Positions 19,185-30,263 are shown, numbered from the stretch's first letter. The stretch: DNA of 64,000 bases from Escherichia coli (GCF_001677475.2 NZ_CP015229.1); one strand, 5' to 3'. Program-made: numbers and translations. Notes: a model not told the origin generated them from the letters alone.

Positions 19185-19580
19185 ATGGCCGCGATGGAAT
19201 TTGAACTGAAACACGGGCTTCTGACCGGCAAAGGCACGGCAGATGAAACCCTGCATAAAACCGTGAAGCTGCGCGAACTGACTGCCAGTGATGTGATTGA
19301 TGCGCAACTGGCCGCAGAACGCGTCGTCATGGGCGGGAACGGAAAGGCGGTGGCCTACTGCTCTGAAGTGCTGATGGGGCTGGAGATGATGCGCCGTCAG
19401 GTTGCGGCCATCGGCAGTATTCCCGGCCCGCTGGACATGAAACAGTTGCGAATGCTCCACCCCGCAGACCTTGAGCTTATCAGCACGAAAGCTGCTGCGC
19501 TGGATGACATGCTTGAGGAGGTGGCAACGCGGGGGCGAACTGATGCCGCTGGCGGCGGCACTGATGAACCTGCTGGTTAA
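19185..19580 (+). CDS. tail assembly chaperone-like protein
   Basis: 131 aa between tube and tape measure; overlapping ORF 19471..19680 in +1 frame. Confidence 0.55.
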   Translation: MAAMEFELKHGLLTGKGTADETLHKTVKLRELTASDVIDAQLAAERVVMGGNGKAVAYCSEVLMGLEMMRRQVAAIGSIPGPLDMKQLRMLHPADLELISTKAAALDDMLEEVATRGRTDAAGGGTDEPAG

Positions 19581-19666
19581 CCTGTCTTCGAGATTCAGCA
19601 TTCAGTACCTGGAACAGCTGCCCCTGCGGCAGCTGTTCCGCCTGATAAAGCAACTGGAGAAACAGC

Positions 19667-21514
19667 ATGGCAACAGGTAACCGTCTCAGCACGGAAATCA
19701 TGATCAACCTTGCCGGGAACCTGACCGCCAAAGCCCGGCAGTACGGCGCAAATATGTCGCAGTTCGCCCGGAACCATCAGAAGGCTATGAGCCTTGTCAA
19801 AGCCACAACGGAGGCCGCAGGACGCGGCCTTGATACGCTTGGTAACCGCTACACGGCAATGATAGCCGGGCTTGGCAGTAGTCTTACCATCAAACAGGTT
19901 GCCGATTTTGATGCGCAGATGCGCCGGATGGGTACGGATGCCCAGTTAACCACTGAACAGGTAAAGACGCTTCACGACAAAATCAGGGATGTATCGAACC
20001 AGAAAGATATTCGTATTGATGCTTCTGCGCTTGGTCAGGGGGCCAGCGAACTTCTGGGGAAAACCGGTGATTATCAGTATGTGGTGGACAACCTCCGCAA
20101 CATGGGGTTGATGATGCAGGCGTTCGGTGTTGACGGACAGGTTGCAGCCGGGCTGATGGCCCAGTTCTGGGAAAAAAACGTCCGGGGTGCTGAGGCGGTC
20201 AATAACATGATGGACAGGCTGTATTCGCAGTTCGCAGTGGGGTCTGTTAGCGTTGCCGATGTTGCCCGCGCTGCCCCGAAACTGTTTTCCATCATTCAGG
20301 ATCAGGGACCGGAAGCCATTGCCCAGATGGGGGCATTTGCTCAGGTGTTCGCCAAAAACAAAGGCAGCATTGATGAGACGGTAACCAGTATTCAGGCCAT
20401 GTATGCTTCCCTGTCGGACAAAAAGAACATCGAGTTCCTGAAAAAAAACGGCATTGACGTTTTTGTCAAAGGCACAAAAGACATCAAAAAGCCCTATGAG
20501 CTGATGATGGAAATCCTTAAACGGGCCAAATACGATCCGCTGAAACTTCAGGATGTGTTTGATCTGACCGGAATGCAGGGGATTAAGGCGCTGCTTAACC
20601 CTGAAAACCGGCAACTGATGGAACAAATGATTTACGGCACGATTGAGCTGGGTTCCACGCAAAAGGCCGCACAGACCAATGCCGAAGGCTTTAATGCCGC
20701 AATACAGTCACTGAATAACGAATGGCAACGTTTTGCTGAAGGACAACTGGCAAAACCCGTTCAGGAGCTGGCGGATGCGCTCAACAGCGTGGACCAGCAT
20801 ACCGTCCAGAACTGGTTGCAGGTCGGTAAATATATGGCGATTGCTGTGGGCGGCATTATCGCCATCAGAAAAACGTACCAGTTAGGTAAAACCCTCCACG
20901 ACATCATGAATCCCAAAGGGAAAGGCAAAGGAATACCCGGTGCCATTACTGACGTTTTTGGTTCCGGCGTGATACCTGTTTATGTGGTCAATATGGGCAG
21001 CTTTGGTCCGGGTAAGGACGGTGGTCTGCCGGATCTCCCTGACCTCCCGGAGTTACCGGAAAACTCCGGCGGTTCAGGTAACGGTCGGGGACGTTTTATA
21101 GGGAAAATCCTCGGTCCTGTGCTGGGGGCAATGGCTGTAAAAGAGCGTCTGGAAACACTATACGCCCTGCCGGATGAAACAGACTCACTCACGAAATCTG
21201 TGGCTGCTGACCCCAGCGCCAGCCCGTGGGAGCGCGAGTTCGCGCAACAAAGTCAGGACAACCAGAAAGCGCTCGAGTCCGTCTGGCGTAAGGTAACGGA
21301 CTGGTTCAGTTCGCTGGGTGACAAGAACATTGCTGACCCGCGACCGTGGGCAGGTATGCAGGGCACACAGAATTATCCTTTCCTTCCGCAGCAGTTGCAG
21401 GGGGAAATCCGTGTGGTGGTGGAAGGTGACGCCCGCGTGAAAAGTGTCAGAGTGGATCAACCCGGCGTCAGACTCAGTGCGCAGGCTGGCGTCACCAGCG
21501 TGGAGCAAGGGTAA
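19667..21514 (+). CDS. tail tape measure protein
   Basis: 615 aa, Ala/Gln-rich helical, Gly-rich C-terminal stretch. Confidence 0.8.
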   Translation: MATGNRLSTEIMINLAGNLTAKARQYGANMSQFARNHQKAMSLVKATTEAAGRGLDTLGNRYTAMIAGLGSSLTIKQVADFDAQMRRMGTDAQLTTEQVKTLHDKIRDVSNQKDIRIDASALGQGASELLGKTGDYQYVVDNLRNMGLMMQAFGVDGQVAAGLMAQFWEKNVRGAEAVNNMMDRLYSQFAVGSVSVADVARAAPKLFSIIQDQGPEAIAQMGAFAQVFAKNKGSIDETVTSIQAMYASLSDKKNIEFLKKNGIDVFVKGTKDIKKPYELMMEILKRAKYDPLKLQDVFDLTGMQGIKALLNPENRQLMEQMIYGTIELGSTQKAAQTNAEGFNAAIQSLNNEWQRFAEGQLAKPVQELADALNSVDQHTVQNWLQVGKYMAIAVGGIIAIRKTYQLGKTLHDIMNPKGKGKGIPGAITDVFGSGVIPVYVVNMGSFGPGKDGGLPDLPDLPELPENSGGSGNGRGRFIGKILGPVLGAMAVKERLETLYALPDETDSLTKSVAADPSASPWEREFAQQSQDNQKALESVWRKVTDWFSSLGDKNIADPRPWAGMQGTQNYPFLPQQLQGEIRVVVEGDARVKSVRVDQPGVRLSAQAGVTSVEQG

Positions 21515-22788
21515 TGACAACAAGCAACGGCAAATGGGACGGGCTGCGCGACGCTTCGTTTCGTGGCGTCCCCTTCTTTCTGGTGGATACGGAAGGCACC
21601 GGTGGCCGTCGTGCCATTCCCCGTGCGTATCCCCGGCGTGAAACCGCCTGGACGGATGATAACGGGGCCGTTCCGGGGCAACAGCAGATTAACGCAAAGC
21701 TGTTGGGTAAAAACTTCCAGGATGATTTAAACGCCCTTTTAGATGCACTCAATACCCCCGGCCCCGGTGAGCTTATCCACCCGTGGTTCGGAATACAGAC
21801 CGTACAGGTTGGCAAGGTCACCCATCGCCTCAGCACGGAGGAAGATGGCATTGCATATGTCACCTTTGAAGTGTTTGAGGCAGGCGAGCGCCTGTTCCCG
21901 TCTGCGGCGGATAACACGCAGCAGGAGGTGCTGACGGGTATTGATGCGGTAAAAGCGGCTATTGATGCTGGCGACTGGTTCGGTGTACCTGACGGGCTGG
22001 GTGACATGGCCGACAGCTTTCTGGCCGATATGGAAAACCTTGTGGCTAACCTGCCCACGTTACCGGCAGCACTGAATCAGTGGATGGACAGGCTGAACCA
22101 TTTTAAGGAGATGGCCGGAACCATCATTGCCACGCCGGGGCGTCTGGTCAGTGAGCTGTCCTCGTTCATTAACGGCGTGGTTGATCTGGTGACGGAAGCA
22201 CCCGAAGCACTGGCGGTTTACACGACATTACGCAACCAGTGGGCCGGAGAACGCTCCCGACAGGTTGCCACCGGCGCACTGCCGGAAGATATCACAGTGA
22301 AGCCAGGCAGCGTGGCAGACGGCGAACCTGGCTTTGCTATCGGGCTGTCACCGGATTATCAGCCTGTATCTGACAGCCTGCAAAAGAACATTGACGACTT
22401 CCGCCTGGTGGTTGTGCTGGAAACTCTGCTGGGACAGGCAAATGCCGTGGCCTCGATGACGTTCGATACCAGTGATGCGGCATTATCTGCCGGTGACGTG
22501 CTGGCGGCTGAACTGCATGAGCAGGCGGTGGCAGCAGTGGAAAATAACCAGCGGGCATTGTGGCGAACGCTGCGCGATTTACGGCAGGCCGTGATTACGG
22601 ATGCCCGCGAGCGTGCCGCCCGTCTGCCGGAAACCCGGCAGGTGACGCTGACCACAACCACATCTGCCGCATTGCTGGCATGGCGCGAGCATGGGGATAC
22701 AAGCCGACGGGATGAAATCGTGCAGCGTAACCGCCTGCGCCATCCATCATTCATTCTGCCGACGCAACCTGTGGAGATCACCGACTGA
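21514..22788 (+). CDS. DNA circularisation protein (Mu N family)
   Basis: 424 aa; ATG overlaps tape-measure stop. Confidence 0.75.
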   Translation: MTTSNGKWDGLRDASFRGVPFFLVDTEGTGGRRAIPRAYPRRETAWTDDNGAVPGQQQINAKLLGKNFQDDLNALLDALNTPGPGELIHPWFGIQTVQVGKVTHRLSTEEDGIAYVTFEVFEAGERLFPSAADNTQQEVLTGIDAVKAAIDAGDWFGVPDGLGDMADSFLADMENLVANLPTLPAALNQWMDRLNHFKEMAGTIIATPGRLVSELSSFINGVVDLVTEAPEALAVYTTLRNQWAGERSRQVATGALPEDITVKPGSVADGEPGFAIGLSPDYQPVSDSLQKNIDDFRLVVVLETLLGQANAVASMTFDTSDAALSAGDVLAAELHEQAVAAVENNQRALWRTLRDLRQAVITDARERAARLPETRQVTLTTTTSAALLAWREHGDTSRRDEIVQRNRLRHPSFILPTQPVEITD

Positions 22789-23858
22789 TGGGATCCGTGA
22801 TTCTTACCGTTGACGGTAAACTGTGGGAAGGCTGGACGGAAATGTCCGTCAGCCGTTCCCTGAAGGCGATTGCCGGTGAGTTTGATCTCAGTGTGACAAC
22901 ACGCTGGTCAGCGGCGGCACCGCGCGTGATTCGTGAGGGGCAACCCTGTACGGTCAGGCTGGGTGCGGATACCGTGCTGACGGGGTATATCGATGATTTT
23001 ATTCCCAGCTATGACGCGGACAATGTGGAAATTCGTGTCATGGGGCGCGACAAAACCGGCGACCTGGTGGACTGCTCTGTGGTGCATTCGTCCGGGAAAT
23101 GGAAAGGCGTGCGGCTTGAACAGGTGGCGGCGGATGTCTGCCGCCCGTTCGGAATAACCGTCATCACGGAAACCCCGACCGGGGAGGCGTTTGCGTCCGT
23201 TGTTCTGGAACAGGGTGAAACGGGTTTTGAACTGCTCGACCGGCTGGCAAAACAGCGCGGTGTTCTGCTGACGTCTGACGGAGCGGGTAACCTGATTATC
23301 ACCCGCGCTTCTTCCGTTCGCGCGGGCGTGTCACTGGTGCTGGGAAAAAATATCCTCGCCGCCCGTGGGCGCTTCAGCTGGCGGGAGCGTAACAGTCAGT
23401 ACATCATCAAGGGCACCACCAGTGCCGGTGGCAAACTGTGGGACAGCCAGCCTGCCCCGATGGTGGGCGGTCGCCAGTACATCACCGAAGACCCGGAAAT
23501 TAACCGTTACCGCCCGCGCATTCTGGTCAATGAAGACAGTCTGACCGTGGGCGGTGCCAGCATTCGCGGGGAATGGTACAAAGCCCGGATGCTGGGAGAG
23601 GCCCGCACGACGGAAATCACGGTGGCAGGCTGGCGCGAACAGGGCGACAGCGGTCCGCTGTGGCAGACCAACCGCCTTGTCGATATCGACGACAGCATTC
23701 AGAACCTGAAAACCACCTGGCTGATATCCGGGGTGACCTGGACGGATGGTGCACAGGGGCGGATGACGGTTCTGGCGCTGGTTCCGCCTGAATCACTGGA
23801 TATGCCGGAAATGAAAGCGAAGACGAAGAAAACAAAGGCGGTGGCCACATGGGATTAA
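22788..23858 (+). CDS. baseplate hub / tail protein (Mu P family)
   Basis: 356 aa; overlapping start. Confidence 0.75.
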   Translation: MGSVILTVDGKLWEGWTEMSVSRSLKAIAGEFDLSVTTRWSAAAPRVIREGQPCTVRLGADTVLTGYIDDFIPSYDADNVEIRVMGRDKTGDLVDCSVVHSSGKWKGVRLEQVAADVCRPFGITVITETPTGEAFASVVLEQGETGFELLDRLAKQRGVLLTSDGAGNLIITRASSVRAGVSLVLGKNILAARGRFSWRERNSQYIIKGTTSAGGKLWDSQPAPMVGGRQYITEDPEINRYRPRILVNEDSLTVGGASIRGEWYKARMLGEARTTEITVAGWREQGDSGPLWQTNRLVDIDDSIQNLKTTWLISGVTWTDGAQGRMTVLALVPPESLDMPEMKAKTKKTKAVATWD

Positions 23859-24385
23859 ACGCCATTGCCCGCCGTCTGCGACTGATGGTTGACCGTGCCA
23901 TTGTCCGCATGGTGTCTGACAGTCTGGAGCGGCAGAACCTGCAAATCCAGACGCTGGCAGATGCCACCGACGACGACGTGGAACGCTTCCAGAACTACGG
24001 TTTTACATCCGTGCCGCCGGAAGGTTCTGAAGCCATAGTGCTGGCCGTTAGCGGGCGGCGTGACGGGCTGGTTGCCATCGCGGTGGAGGACAAGCGATGT
24101 CGCCCGAAAGGGCTGTCCCCCGGCGACGTCCGGCTGTATCACCAGGACGGCAAATCACATATCACGTTAAGGAAAGGCGGAATTATTGAAATCACAGGGG
24201 AACAATTAAACGTTTCAGGGAAAACGGTAAATCTCACCGCCGACGAATTACTGGCTATAAATGCAGGAAATATGAAATTCGTCGGTCCCTGTGAGTTTAC
24301 TGAAGATGTCAGAATCAACGGCAAATCTTTCAGCGAACACATTCATAAGGACGGCGACAATGAGAATACATCACCGCCCGTATGA
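23849..24385 (+). CDS. baseplate spike protein (gpV-like)
   Basis: 178 aa. Confidence 0.65.
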   Translation: MGLNAIARRLRLMVDRAIVRMVSDSLERQNLQIQTLADATDDDVERFQNYGFTSVPPEGSEAIVLAVSGRRDGLVAIAVEDKRCRPKGLSPGDVRLYHQDGKSHITLRKGGIIEITGEQLNVSGKTVNLTADELLAINAGNMKFVGPCEFTEDVRINGKSFSEHIHKDGDNENTSPPV

Positions 24386-24834
24386 CGACAGGAATCCGCT
24401 GGAATAACATGCTCTCACGGGGTGACATCACCGTCACCCATAACGGCCTCTCACTGGATGAGGGGCTGGTCACTCAGGTTCTTATCTGCCTTTTCACCGA
24501 TGCCCGTGCTGATGACGATGATGTCATTCCTGATGGTTCCGGCGACCCGCGCGGATGGCCGGGCGACACGTACAGCGATTTTTCGTGGGGTTCCCGCCTG
24601 TGGCTGCTTGAGCGCGAAAAACTGACGGAAGATGTCCGCCTGCGCGTGGAAGACTACGCGCGGTTGTCCATGCAACCGCTGCTGCGGGCCGGTTACGCCC
24701 GTAACGCCACCGTCACGGCCAGAATCATCGTCCCTGACCGTATTGCCTTTCAGGTGGTGTTAACCCGCCCGGACAAAACCACGCTCACAATTGAAATCAC
24801 CCGCCGATGGGAGGCCACCATTAATGCCGTATGA
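24382..24834 (+). CDS. baseplate protein (gpW/gp25-like)
   Basis: 150 aa. Confidence 0.65.
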   Translation: MTTGIRWNNMLSRGDITVTHNGLSLDEGLVTQVLICLFTDARADDDDVIPDGSGDPRGWPGDTYSDFSWGSRLWLLEREKLTEDVRLRVEDYARLSMQPLLRAGYARNATVTARIIVPDRIAFQVVLTRPDKTTLTIEITRRWEATINAV

Positions 24835-25900
24835 AATCCCCACGCTGGGCAAACTGATTGCCGACGGCGAAAAAGATATTGCGTATGAACTCGGCCTGCA
24901 AAAGCTGCCGCCTGTCAGTGTTGAGCAGGCACTGAACGTGTCATTCAGCAGTCAGGTCCGGGATTTATACGACCATCAGAGCTGGATTAAGGACCAGATA
25001 ATTCCGTCCACCGCGTCTGATGATGAAACCATTATCAAAACAGCAACGTATGAAGGGGTTATCCGCAAGCAGGCCACCTTTGCCAGCGGGCCGGTGACCT
25101 TCACCAGTCAGTCCCCCATTCCGGCAGAAACCCGGATGCAGTACGACACGAATCAGGTGTATCAGGTACTCACATCCGGCGAGGTACAGAACGGCGAGGT
25201 CACTGTCATCGTGCAGGCTGAAGAAGCCGGTGTTGCGGGCAATCTTGCTGCCGGTGCCGTGCTGACCCTGCTGTCCCCGTTGCCCGGAACGGGCAGCACA
25301 GGCGCGGTGACTGAAAGTGGCATCACCGGTGGCGCAGATATCGAATCCATCGCAGAGCTGCTGGACCGTCTGCTGTATGTGCGCCGTAATCCCCCGGTAG
25401 GTGGTGCGCTGCATGACTACGTGATATGGGCGCGTGAAGTGCCGGGCGTCAGCCGTGCGTGGGCGTGGGATGCGTGGCACGGCCCCGGCACGGTCGGGCT
25501 GGCATGGCTTTATGATGACCGTGAAGACATTATCCCCACACGGGACGACCTGAAGACCATGGAGCAGTATCTGTTCTGCCACAAACACCCGGCCACCGGC
25601 GTGATGGTGGGCAAACCGGGCGGCATCGAGGTCTGGCCGGTACAGGTCAGGCTGAAGAAAATCGACCTGTCCATCCGTCTGACACCGGACAGCCAGGCGA
25701 ACAGGAACGCCGTCCGGGCAAACCTGACCGCATTACAGAAAACGCTGGCCCCCGGTCAGATGCTGCCGGTGTCCTCGCTGCGCACGGCCATCGGTATGAC
25801 GTCCGGTATCACGGATTACTTTCTTAACATCGGGGAAGACACCACCAGTGATGTGGATGAGCTTATCACCATCGGGGAGGTGACATGGCTCACAGCGTGA
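24824..25900 (+). CDS. baseplate J-like protein
   Basis: 358 aa from ATG 24824 after GGGAGG. Confidence 0.75.
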   Translation: MPYEIPTLGKLIADGEKDIAYELGLQKLPPVSVEQALNVSFSSQVRDLYDHQSWIKDQIIPSTASDDETIIKTATYEGVIRKQATFASGPVTFTSQSPIPAETRMQYDTNQVYQVLTSGEVQNGEVTVIVQAEEAGVAGNLAAGAVLTLLSPLPGTGSTGAVTESGITGGADIESIAELLDRLLYVRRNPPVGGALHDYVIWAREVPGVSRAWAWDAWHGPGTVGLAWLYDDREDIIPTRDDLKTMEQYLFCHKHPATGVMVGKPGGIEVWPVQVRLKKIDLSIRLTPDSQANRNAVRANLTALQKTLAPGQMLPVSSLRTAIGMTSGITDYFLNIGEDTTSDVDELITIGEVTWLTA

Positions 25901-26469
25901 CGGAATGGCTGACCGCACTGCAACAGGTCATGCCACGGGGTAAGGCATGGCCTCGTGATAACGACGCGGATTTAAACCGCTTTTTAAGGGCACTGGCAGA
26001 GCGTTTAACCCGCGTTGAATACGATGCCTCGCGCCTGCATGTGGAGATGCGACCGGAAACCACGCTCCAGCTGCTGCCGGAGTGGGAGCAATATCTGGCG
26101 CTGCCGGAATGCGGAATTGCCGCCACCACAACGGAAGCCCGCCGCCGGGCCGTTGTGGAGAAATACCGCCGCAAAGGCGGGCTGGCAACCTGGCAGATTG
26201 AAGCCGCTGCGGCGGCGCTGGGCTTCACCATTAAGGTGACGGCCGTTCTGCCGCACCACTGCCTGCGTGACTGCATGTACCCGCTGCATCCGGCACGGTA
26301 TCGCTGGCTGCTGAAAGTGGAAGTCCCGGACAACGATGCCGGGCGGTTTACCTGTATTGATGACGTCATGACGCCATTAATCAGCGAACGTACCCGCGAG
26401 CTGGAATGCCTGCTGAAGCATTACCGGCTGGCGGGTACGGAATATGAATATTATTACACCGGAGAATAA
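25885..26469 (+). CDS. tail protein (Mu gp48-like)
   Basis: 194 aa. Confidence 0.65.
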   Translation: MAHSVTEWLTALQQVMPRGKAWPRDNDADLNRFLRALAERLTRVEYDASRLHVEMRPETTLQLLPEWEQYLALPECGIAATTTEARRRAVVEKYRRKGGLATWQIEAAAAALGFTIKVTAVLPHHCLRDCMYPLHPARYRWLLKVEVPDNDAGRFTCIDDVMTPLISERTRELECLLKHYRLAGTEYEYYYTGE

Positions 26470-26472
26470 TTT

Positions 26473-27468
26473 ATGTTTCACGTGGACAATAATACGGGTG
26501 TGCCTGTTATGCCGCCTGTTGCGGCTGAATTAAGCAAAACAACGCTTTATTTCACCGAAGGCGGGAACGGTATTCCACCCACTTATCCAGGACCAGACTG
26601 GTTTAATATTATTCAGTCTGAATTACTGAAAATTCTCGAAGAAGCCGGAATAACGCCGGATAAAGCAGATACCGGTCAGATAATGGCAGCCCTGAAAAAA
26701 CAGTTTATTACGAACAGTGGTTCAGCCGGAGCTATTGCCGGATTAACCGGTGAGAATAATACGTTCCCGTATTTTACCGGCGAAGACACAATGGCATTAA
26801 CGCCGCTCAGTGCGTTTGTGCGCAGTATTCTTGGAAAAAACAGCGGCAGTGAGTTTATTAAAGCAATTGGCCTGTCACCGGACACCCTTTTATCATCAGG
26901 GCGAATAACAGCATTAAGCGGTGGCTCACAGGGAGCAACCGGACTTCAGATGTACGAAGCGTATAACAACGGCTATCCCATTCCATACGGCAATGTGCTG
27001 CATCTGAAGGGGGGGACAGCGTCAGGTGAAGGCGAATTACTGATTGGCTGGAGTGGCACAAGTGGTGCACATGCCCCGGTTTACATCCGCTCAAGACGAG
27101 ACAATGACGAGGCGGAATGGTCTGAATGGGCACAGGTTTTTACCTCAAAAGACAGTTTCAACGCAGCAACTGCTACAAAACTCCAGACAGCCCGCAAGAT
27201 TAATAATGTGGCATTTGATGGCACCAGCGATATCACCATCAGCAGTACCGATTCTGGTGCTGTGCGTGATTTCAGATACACCAGCGAAGTGTTTCACAAT
27301 CCCGGAGGTAACGAAATCACCTGGACGTTTCGCGCGCCCTCAGGTTGCGTTTTGTCAGGTATTTACGTTCAGGAAACGGGAAGAAGTTCTTCGGATAACA
27401 TCGGCGGCGTGTATTACAAACAAACTCAGGTTTATATCAATGGCTCATGGCGCACCGTATCCGGTTAA
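26473..27468 (+). CDS. tail fibre protein (short)
   Basis: 331 aa; GGAG RBS; followed by chaperone-like gene. Confidence 0.7.
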   Translation: MFHVDNNTGVPVMPPVAAELSKTTLYFTEGGNGIPPTYPGPDWFNIIQSELLKILEEAGITPDKADTGQIMAALKKQFITNSGSAGAIAGLTGENNTFPYFTGEDTMALTPLSAFVRSILGKNSGSEFIKAIGLSPDTLLSSGRITALSGGSQGATGLQMYEAYNNGYPIPYGNVLHLKGGTASGEGELLIGWSGTSGAHAPVYIRSRRDNDEAEWSEWAQVFTSKDSFNAATATKLQTARKINNVAFDGTSDITISSTDSGAVRDFRYTSEVFHNPGGNEITWTFRAPSGCVLSGIYVQETGRSSSDNIGGVYYKQTQVYINGSWRTVSG

Positions 27469-27482
27469 TTAAGGAGAAAATA

Positions 27483-28013
27483 ATGGAACTCAGAAACGTC
27501 ACGCGTTATTACCCGGAAGAAATGCCTTATGGTGAAAACATTCAGTATTTCCGCAGTGAAGACGGACAGGATTTTTATGAATCACTGGATAAATTCACGA
27601 AGAAATACAAATTGTGTATTCACCCTGACACAGGCGTGATTTTTTCGATGGCGGAAGATGTGTCCCGTCTTTATCCGGCTGGTTTCACTATTGTGGAAGT
27701 GGACGAACTGCCGGAGGGTTTTGGCATTGAAGCCTGCTGGTATTACCTGGATGGCGAAGTGCTGCCGGTTCCGGTTGATTATTCGCAACTGGCAGAAAAG
27801 CAACGCCAGCGTCTTCTGGCTGAAGCCAGGGACATCACCTCCGACTGGCGAACCGAGCTGGATCTGGGCACCATCAGCGACGATGACAAAGCCCGTCTTA
27901 CGCAGTGGATGGCATATATCAAAGCGGTGAAGGCGCTGGATTTAAGCACCGTTACTGATGAAGCCTCCTTTAATGCCATCAACTGGCCGGAGCGTCCCGA
28001 TGCCGCAGCTTAA
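27483..28013 (+). CDS. tail fibre assembly chaperone
   Basis: 176 aa; AAGGAG RBS. Confidence 0.7.
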   Translation: MELRNVTRYYPEEMPYGENIQYFRSEDGQDFYESLDKFTKKYKLCIHPDTGVIFSMAEDVSRLYPAGFTIVEVDELPEGFGIEACWYYLDGEVLPVPVDYSQLAEKQRQRLLAEARDITSDWRTELDLGTISDDDKARLTQWMAYIKAVKALDLSTVTDEASFNAINWPERPDAAA

Positions 28014-30249
28014 AGGTGTGATTAAAACGCCCACGGGAGAAGCGCTGGGCGGCGCAACCATTACTCTGACCTCCCTGCACAACCGTGCAGGGATCCTGAA
28101 AGGTGTTTTCAGCCACGTAACCACACAGAGCGGGGAGTACGACTTTTCCGTTCAGCCGGGTGTGTACAGCGTTCGCCTGACACAAAGCGAACAGCGCCTT
28201 TCAGAAATCGGTGTCATTCGTGTTTATGAAGATTCACAGGACGGTTCACTGAATGATTTTCTGGGTGCAACCGATATTGACCTGCGCCCGGAAGCCCTGA
28301 AGAAATTCGAAGAACTGGCGCAACAGGCGCAGCAAAGCGCGGAAGAAGCCGGAGAGCACGCGGACGCGGCTGAACAGGCCCGCCAGGATACAGAAACCCT
28401 CGCCGGGGAAATACGGCAGGATGCAGAAGAAATTGCAGGCAATGTGCAGAAAGCTGAAGAGCTTGCCTCTGAAACCAGTCAGAATGCAGCCCGCGCAGAG
28501 CAGGCCGTTAAGGATGCCGACACGATAGTCCGGAAAGCGGTCGATAAACTTGCTGATGCTGCAACGCTGACCGGCGAGGCAAAAGCCAGTGCCAAAGCTG
28601 CCGCACAAAGCGAACAGAATGCGGAAAATCACGCTGATAATGCAGCACAAAGCGCACAGCAGACCGCACAGGATGTGCAGGCAACGGTAACAGCCCGCAG
28701 TGATGCGGAACGTTTTGCGGGTGAGGCAGAAAACAGCGCACAGTCATCAGGCACAGCGCGGGACGAATCAGTCGATGCCGCCGAACGCGCCCGCCTTTAT
28801 CATAATGCCGCATCATCAGCTGCAACCAGCGCGGAAAATGCAGCAAATGCTGCACTCGGGCATGAAAACAGCGCCGCCGAATACGCCCGACAGGCTAAAG
28901 CCAGCCAGGATGCAGGTGCAGACAATGCGCAGGAAGCGAAACAGTACAGGGATGAGGCGCAGCAGATAGTTGATGACCTGAATGCAACAAATGCCTCCAC
29001 GACAGAAAAAGGTCTGGTGCAACTGTGTAGTGATACGGACAACGACAGCGAGGAACTGGCTGCCACGCCAAAGGCTGTCAAAACCGTCATGGACGAGACG
29101 AAAACAAAAGCGCCACTGGACAGCCCGGCCTTCACCGGCACCCCAACCACCCCAACCCCACCGGATGATGCCGCCGGTCTGGAAGCAGCGAACGCAGCGT
29201 TTGTGCGCAAACTGCTTGCTGCGCTGGTTGGCTCATCGCCGGAAGTTCTGGACACCCTGAACGAGCTGGCAGCGGCGCTGGGCAATGACCCGAACTTTGC
29301 GACGACAATCACAAACGCGCTGGCAGGCAAACAACCGCTTAATGACGTCTTAACGGCAATCAGCGCACTGACGCAACGGGCAGATAATCTTCTGTACTTC
29401 AATACAGACGGGAATGCCTCACTGTCTCTGCTGTCAGAGAAGGGCCGCGCATTGCTGGCGCATGACACGGCTGAAGCCATGCGCACGGAGCTTGAGCTGA
29501 GCACGGCTGCGACGATGGAACCCCAGAGTGATATCCGTGACCGCACACCGGGCAGGCTGGCCCTGTCCGGGATGTATGGGTTTGGACAGGCATTCACCAG
29601 CGCCGAAGCTCTGTCATTTAACGGACAGGCTGATTTCGTTATATGGCTGCAGACAGTCACCCCGGGGCGTTATGCGGTCAGTATTGCGGACTCCTCCACG
29701 CTGCTGGTGGGCACCACGAAATTTAACGGTATCATTGATGTGATGTGGTCACCCTCTGATAACGATGGTTCAGACTCAGCGCGTAAATTCAAAACGCTGC
29801 TGTACTACAACCAGTATTACGAGGATGAGCACAGCATACATTGTATGCGTTATCGCTACAGTGGTAACAGCTGGAATGCAACATCAAGCCTTATTGTGTA
29901 TGACGGCAACTCCCTGGCATATCTGATGTCCTCAACCGCCGGTAATGGTCCGTTCTCATATTACCAATACCCGGCCGTCGGTGTGCCGATTATGGCGGTA
30001 TATCAGGGAGAAAGTTTTGGTGAAAATGCTTCTCTGGGACTCGGTGATACTGTGCCGGGTTCCCGTCTTGGTCCTCTGGCCATGAGTGCACAGGTTAGTG
30101 ATACAGGGACATACGCATCCTCACCGCAGGTTGTGATTGGCGGTGCCGGTGAATACAACTTCCCCGGTCGTTACACGGCGCTTTCGGGCCTGGGTAACAA
30201 TTATGGTACTCAGCGTGGCTTTATCGGTCTTTTTGTACGCATTGAGTAA
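28000..30249 (+). CDS. tail fibre protein (long, Ala-rich helical shaft)
   Basis: 750 aa from ATG 28000; long Ala/Glu/Gln-rich region and C-terminal receptor-binding-like region. Confidence 0.8.
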   Translation: MPQLKGVIKTPTGEALGGATITLTSLHNRAGILKGVFSHVTTQSGEYDFSVQPGVYSVRLTQSEQRLSEIGVIRVYEDSQDGSLNDFLGATDIDLRPEALKKFEELAQQAQQSAEEAGEHADAAEQARQDTETLAGEIRQDAEEIAGNVQKAEELASETSQNAARAEQAVKDADTIVRKAVDKLADAATLTGEAKASAKAAAQSEQNAENHADNAAQSAQQTAQDVQATVTARSDAERFAGEAENSAQSSGTARDESVDAAERARLYHNAASSAATSAENAANAALGHENSAAEYARQAKASQDAGADNAQEAKQYRDEAQQIVDDLNATNASTTEKGLVQLCSDTDNDSEELAATPKAVKTVMDETKTKAPLDSPAFTGTPTTPTPPDDAAGLEAANAAFVRKLLAALVGSSPEVLDTLNELAAALGNDPNFATTITNALAGKQPLNDVLTAISALTQRADNLLYFNTDGNASLSLLSEKGRALLAHDTAEAMRTELELSTAATMEPQSDIRDRTPGRLALSGMYGFGQAFTSAEALSFNGQADFVIWLQTVTPGRYAVSIADSSTLLVGTTKFNGIIDVMWSPSDNDGSDSARKFKTLLYYNQYYEDEHSIHCMRYRYSGNSWNATSSLIVYDGNSLAYLMSSTAGNGPFSYYQYPAVGVPIMAVYQGESFGENASLGLGDTVPGSRLGPLAMSAQVSDTGTYASSPQVVIGGAGEYNFPGRYTALSGLGNNYGTQRGFIGLFVRIE

Positions 30250-30263
30250 TGAGGAAATCAGGC

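Noticed and set aside
28224-29660. Several long minus-strand ORFs (up to 286 aa)
   Set aside because: They lie antisense inside the 750-aa tail fibre gene, where Ala-rich repetitive codons keep the reverse frames open; Ala/Ser/Cys-rich junk translations
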